The translations under genes and the position numbers were made by a program. A stretch of 42,382 nucleotides of DNA from Octopus sinensis (taxonomy: Eukaryota): the NCBI RefSeq assembly GCF_006345805.1, contig NW_021835140.1:1-42382 (forward strand), read 5' to 3'. Positions 36,752 to 42,382 of this stretch are shown here, in pieces (position 1 is the first letter of the stretch; every line of letters begins with the position of its first letter). The notes under the pieces are model-generated. The model ran no database searches. It saw only the letters and a list, made by a program, of their open reading frames with translations, and was not told the origin of the DNA.

Positions 36752-36783
<32 letters not shown>

Positions 36784-37389
36784 CACGCACATAGAGACAC
36801 ACTTCATAAACATACTGATAAATCTGCTTAAAAATGATGCAACACCATTTCCTCTCCCCCCCACGCAACTCTCTACTCTCCCTCCTTCGCACGTTCACTC
36901 CATCTCACTAATTCTCCCTCGCTGTTCTCTCTATCTCCGATAACCATCAGGTCGACCTTTGATTCACACCACAACACATTGTTCATATGTATAACACTGC
37001 GATAGACATAGGTATGTCTGACCAACTACATGCAACTGAAACAACACCAGGCTTCTGCTACATTAGCATACCATTCTAATCACTAGAAAACCATATTTCT
37101 CAAAGACTGATTCTATAAATAGAACACCGTACGACCTAATACAGTGCATATGTACTTGTATCACCAGACGTCACTCATGTTGTTATTGGGTGATGTCAAA
37201 GCGCTTGGTGTTGGTACGCAGCACTAGTAGTGGTTGATGTGTAATGCTGTGGTGTTGGTGGTAGTGTTGGTGTTTGTATGTAGCGGTAGTGCTGGTATGT
37301 AACGGTGGCAGTAGTTGATTTATAGTGGTTGTGCTTGTGGTAGTGGCTGTGCTGTTGGTGGCAGTGGTTGGGTAGTAGTGGCGGTGGTA

Positions 37390-37790
37390 GTGGTGTGTGG
37401 CGGTGGTAGTGGTATATGGCGGTGGTAGTGGTATGTAGCGGTAGTAGTAGTATGTGGTGGTGGTAGTGGTATGTGGCGGTGGTAATGGCATGTGGTGGTA
37501 GTAGTGGTATGTAGCGATGGTAGTGGTGTGTGGTAGTGGTTGTGGTATGTGGTGGTGGTAGTGACATGTAGCGGTGGTAGTGGTATATGGCTGTAGTAGT
37601 GGTATGTGGCGGTGGTAGTGGCATGTGGTGGTAGTAGTGGTATATAGCGATGGTAGTGGTATGTGGCGGTGGTAGTGGTATGTGACGGTGGTAGTAACAT
37701 GCATCGGACGTAGTGGTATGTGGTGGTGGTAGTATCATGTGGCGATAGTAGTGGTATGTAGCAATGGTAGTGGTATGTGGCGGTGGTAAT
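37390..37790. repeat. 19-bp minisatellite (consensus TGGCGGTGGTAGTGGTATG), ~20 degenerate copies
   Basis: Seen directly. It grades into GGT/AGT/GAT trinucleotide low complexity up to ~38300. Confidence 0.85.
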
Positions 37791-38317
37791 AGTTGATATA
37801 TAGTGTCATTGCTCGTGATAGTGCTTGTAGTGTTGGCTGCAGTGGTTGGGTACTAGTGGCAGTAGTAGTGGTATGTGGCGGTGGTAGAGTTATGGGGGTT
37901 GGTGTTGGTGGTAGTGGTGATAGCAGTGGAGGTGGTAGTGGTATCAGTGGCGGTGGTGTCAGTGGTAGTGGTTATAATAGTAGTGATAGTGATGATGGTA
38001 GTCGTGGCGGCGGTTGAGGTAGTGATAGTGGAAGTAATGGTAATGATGGTAGTGGTGGTAGTAGTGGAGGTGGTGGTAGTGATGGTGGGAGTTATGATGG
38101 TGGTGGTAGTGATGGTAGTGATGATGGTAGTGGTGGTGAGGATGGTGATAGTGGTAGTGGTACTGCTGGTAGTGATGTTTGAGGTAGTGGTGGTGGTGGT
38201 GGTAGTGACGTTGGTGGTGATGGTGGTGGTGGCGATGGTATTAGTGGTGGTGATAGTGATGGTACTGATGGTGTTGGTGGTAGTGGTAGTTTTGGTGATG
38301 ACAAGGGAGAGAGTTTA

Positions 38318-38764
38318 TTTCTTTGTTGCCCCCAGGGGGCTAAACATAGGGGGGACAAACAAGGACAAACAAAGAGATTAAGTCGATTACATCGACCCCA
38401 GTGCGTAACTGGTACTTATTTAATCGACCCAGAAAGGATGAAAGGCAAAAATCAAACTCGGTGGAATTTGAACTCAGAACATAACGGCTGACGAAATACC
38501 GCTAAGCATTTCTTTTCTACTCTAGGCACAAGGTTCGAAATTCTGGGAGAGGGGGCCAATCCATTAGATCGACCCCAGTACGCCACATACCACTACCATC
38601 GCTATATACCATTGACCCCAGTGCGTAACTGGTACTTAATTTATCGACCCCGAAAGGATGAAAGGCAAAGTCGACCTCGGCGGAATTTGAACTCAGAACG
38701 TAACGGCAGACAAAATACGGCTACGCATTTCGCCCGGCGTGCTAACGCTTCTACAAGCTCGCCG
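38318..38764 (-). mobile_element. Cluster of three partial SINE family E copies
   Basis: 38318-38511 (tail as at 16141), 38512-38582 (tail as at 22660) and 38611-38764 (head and centre). Confidence 0.85.
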
Positions 38765-38907
38765 GGAGAGAGTTGAGACGGTGGTGCTGTCAGTAGTGAT
38801 GAGAATGGTAGTGTTAATGGAAGTAGTAGTAATGGTGGTTATAAATGGTATAAATCATTGGTTCCCAAACATTTTGGGCTGCCGCCTCCTTGTCACCCAG
38901 GTCACAT

Positions 38908-39004
<97 letters not shown>

Positions 39005-39033
39005 ACCTATCTATCTATCTACCTATCTATCTT

Positions 39034-39094
<61 letters not shown>

Positions 39095-39248
39095 ACGTTC
39101 GTACATAAATATATATGTATTCTTTAATTTTTTAATGCATTTTTACTCAAATACACACGCACACACGCACATACACACACACACACACACACGCAGCCCC
39201 CCAAACTCTTAGTCTCGTATTTTTTCATTTTTTTTGCTGTCTGATTCT

Positions 39249-39287
<39 letters not shown>

Positions 39288-40041
39288 AATACTGAAATTC
39301 AGTCTATTTATTTACTTCCTTTGTCCAAGTTGCAATAAGTACCAACAAAACGCACGCAGAAACGCTTCCCCGCCGCCGCCACCAAAAAAAAATCAACAAC
39401 AAAATCATAACCGCCTCCACCACCACCTCCACCACCACCACCACCACCACCAACAACAACAACAGCTCTTAATACCAGTCGACTAAGTTCAACTGTCGAG
39501 TATATATTGGCAAGATGGACGCCAATAATAGGTGCCAGCGTGATTCCATAGATTATTCAGTTACAGCAGGAGAAGCTAAAACTTTGCCGCCTCTATTTAT
39601 TTTAAGCATTAGGTAAACCGTTTGCTATAATATAAAACCAACCACATATGTTAGTTAATATGATACTTTGCTATAATTTTGCAACACTAATTTTCCTTCT
39701 TTTTTTTTTTTGTACATCATACAACAGTGAGTCTAGTTTATATCAATATGAAGCTCGTGCGTAGCGTACGAGTAAAAAGTAAAAAAAAACTAATATTACT
39801 ATATTAGGGAAAATGGAGTCTACAAAAAATATATATTTAATAAGATTTCTTCAGTGACGAGATAATTTTGTACTTCATTCCTTCACAAACTAATAAAGCA
39901 TTGTTAGGGAAGGAATCTAAGGTCGTTTTAATGGAAATATTTCGAGAAGATTATCAAAGAGAACATGTATGAATAAAACTCACTCTCTTATATAGAGTTA
40001 TATATATATATATATAAATATATATATATAGAGAGAGTTTA

Positions 40042-40096
<55 letters not shown>

Positions 40097-40097
40097 T

Positions 40098-40161
<64 letters not shown>

Positions 40162-40245
40162 TTATAGATAGACTATGTAAACTTTTGAACACTTTCTTGA
40201 AACTTCTAAGATAAATATTTTCTATTTATTACTTAAAGAAAGGTT

Positions 40246-40670
40246 GGATCTTTTCGGTTTGAACGGCAGTTTTAAACTTAATTTCTAGGTAACTAAAAAA
40301 ATTTTAAACTTCGTATACTGGTAGAATGTATTTATAAAACATCTTTTTCTCTTGGCCTTATTGAGAAAATTCTATAGTTTGTAAGATATTTGTTGTTTTT
40401 TTCTTCAATTTCTGCAATTTCAACCAATCAATGACGTCCATTGAGGTAAAAAAAACATTCTGTGCCGTACGAATATGTCCCTCGTTTAAGAAACAGATTG
40501 GGTTTATTTACATTTGTGAAGAAAAAAAGATACCCTTCCCCCCACACCTAACCCTAACTCTAACCCTAAAACATATTGAAATGCAATAGATCGATACTAG
40601 GGTTATAATTATGGGTGACAATTTCATATGACACCACTAGAAAAAACTGCCGTTCAAACCGAAAAGATCC
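40246..40670. mobile_element. Second copy of the 8-bp-TSD MITE, opposite orientation to 12281-12706
   Basis: Same TIRs and internal sequence. Flanks gaaaggtt / gagaggtt match 7/8. Confidence 0.92.
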
Positions 40671-40789
40671 GAGAGGTTGTGTGTGGACTTGTAAAATGGC
40701 GAACTGAATGCTGTACGGTGTCCACTTAAGTTGCTTTACGTTATGAGTTTACCCTTTGCTTAGGCCAACCATGTTTTTTTTTATTCATT

Positions 40790-41318
40790 TGAGACTCGAT
40801 GAAATATGTACCAGAAGAGTTCCAGGGTCAATACAACCGCCTGTATCTTTGCTCACTTTCATGGATTATATTTTTAAGTATCACTTGAAAAGGAAAGTGA
40901 AAGTAGAGAGGCAAGTTTTGTCTAGCGAGTGTTTAAAAAAAAGATGGGTGAATGTAGCAAAGATTGCACGTATGAATGACGAAGCCACCTTGAGCATAAT
41001 CCTATGAACCCGGAAAATTCAAAACAGAGGGTTACCTACTTGCAAACAAATGTGGTAACATGTAACATTATTGACCGAGGTTACCGTGGTCTTTTCTGTA
41101 GGCTTTTCTTCCCACGGATAAACCTTATCTGCTTCCCCCTTTACACTTTACACCATGACACTGTGATCCCTATTGATCGTTTTTCTTTTCTTCTTTCCCC
41201 TTTACGATCCCTTTTGATCGAAAACCTAACCCACCTTTTTTCTCCCCCCCCCAAGAAAAGCTCTACTTTGTAATCTGTCCCCTCTGTGTTCAGCCCTGTG
41301 GGGCTAATAAAGAAACAG
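40790..41318 (+). mobile_element. 3' end of a Tx1/L1-type LINE (ORF2 C-terminus plus 3' UTR)
   Basis: ...FKYHLKRKVKVERQVLSSECLKKRWVNVAKIARMNDEATLSIIL* (stop at 41005-41007) resembles, from memory, the C-terminus of cephalopod Tx1-like ORF2 proteins. It is followed by a pyrimidine-rich UTR ending aataaagaaa. Confidence 0.6.
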
Positions 41319-41606
41319 ACCTGTACTTGCAAACAAATGTGGTAACATGTAACATTATTGCCCGAGGTTACCTTGGTCTTTTCTGTAGGCTTTTCTTCCC
41401 ACGGATAACCCTTATCTGCTTCCCCCTTTACACTTTACACCATGACACTGTGATCCCTATTGATCGTTTTTTTTCCTTCTTTACCTTTTACGATCCCTTT
41501 TGATCGAAAACCTAACCCACCTTTTTTTTCTCTCCCCCCACAAGAAAAGCCCTACTTTGTAATCTGTCCGGTCTGTGTGCAGCCCTGTGTGGCTAATAAA
41601 GAAACA
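41037..41606 (+). repeat. Tandem duplication of a 287-bp unit (the LINE 3' UTR)
   Basis: tacttgcaaacaaatgtggtaac... starts at 41037 and 41324. Both copies end ...gctaataaagaaaca. Confidence 0.93.
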
Positions 41607-41646
41607 TATAAATCTTTGAGGGAGAGAGGGATACCGATAGAGATAT

Positions 41647-41691
<45 letters not shown>

Positions 41692-41949
41692 TAGAGAAGC
41701 CATCCAGTTGATTCCCAATACCCATCTCACCAGCATACAACGGACATCAGATCATAGAGCCATCGTTCCTTCCCTTTTCCCTTTTCGATCTCTACTACAT
41801 TGACTTCTAGTTATCTGTTCAGAGGTACAAGGTATTCTATTTTTTTCCCAATTGTTGCTTGCATAATTGTCCTATTTTTAGCGTTTCAATCGAAAGACCA
41901 TCAATGTCAGTACTCGCTGCTTCGTTTAATTTTGGCGGTAAATCGTAAG

Positions 41950-41969
41950 ACTATATCTATCTATCTTTG

Positions 41970-42034
<65 letters not shown>

Positions 42035-42083
42035 ATCTGTCTGTCTGTGTCTGTCTGTCTGTCTGTCTGTCTCTATCTATCTA

Positions 42084-42119
<36 letters not shown>

Positions 42120-42148
42120 CTTGTCTATCTATCTGTATATCTGTCTAT

Positions 42149-42196
<48 letters not shown>

Positions 42197-42293
42197 ATCT
42201 ATCTATCTATCTATCTATCTGTCTGTATGTCTGTTTGTCTGCCTACTTGTCTATCTATCTGTATATCTGTCTATTTATCTATCTATCTATCTA

Positions 42294-42329
<36 letters not shown>

Positions 42330-42340
42330 CATCTAGATAG
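41950..42340. repeat. (ATCT)n/(GTCT)n compound microsatellite, similar to the tract at 38905-39095
   Basis: Seen directly. It explains the YLSI ORFs. Confidence 0.95.
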
Positions 42341-42382
42341 TTAGCTATCAAGCTATGTATGTATATATGCATGCGTGCATAT

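Noticed and set aside
32663-42382. Upstream EF1/EF2 exon of the calmodulin-like gene
   Set aside because: I searched the non-repeat stretches on the minus strand by eye and found no EF-hand coding segment ending in a phase-1 donor. It probably lies beyond the window.

Overview
This is AT-rich, extremely repeat-dense eukaryotic DNA. The SINE families and the (AT)n/(ATAC)n/(ATCT)n/(CAT)n load point to an octopus genome, which is an inference from repeat content. The only host gene I can support is a divergent calmodulin-like EF-hand gene on the minus strand. Two of its coding exons are in the window (32662-32405 and 30012-29975), both at the conserved calmodulin intron positions, and the upstream exon(s) were not found. 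The rest is microsatellites, minisatellites, several tRNA-derived SINE families (my working labels A-E), remnants of Tc1, mariner, RTE-type, Tx1/L1-type and Penelope-like elements, a non-autonomous Helitron and several MITEs. Almost all ORFs in the supplied track are microsatellite artefacts. The most notable observations are: (i) a complete type I hammerhead ribozyme embedded in a 90-bp inverted repeat at 6050-6340, plus several further hammerhead-like motifs; (ii) a Tx1/L1-type LINE 3' end that shares its terminal ~40 nt with one SINE family; (iii) head/body/tail swapping among SINE families; (iv) the calmodulin-like protein's remodelled linker and C-terminus. No database searches or folding programs were run, so family names are by-eye recognitions.
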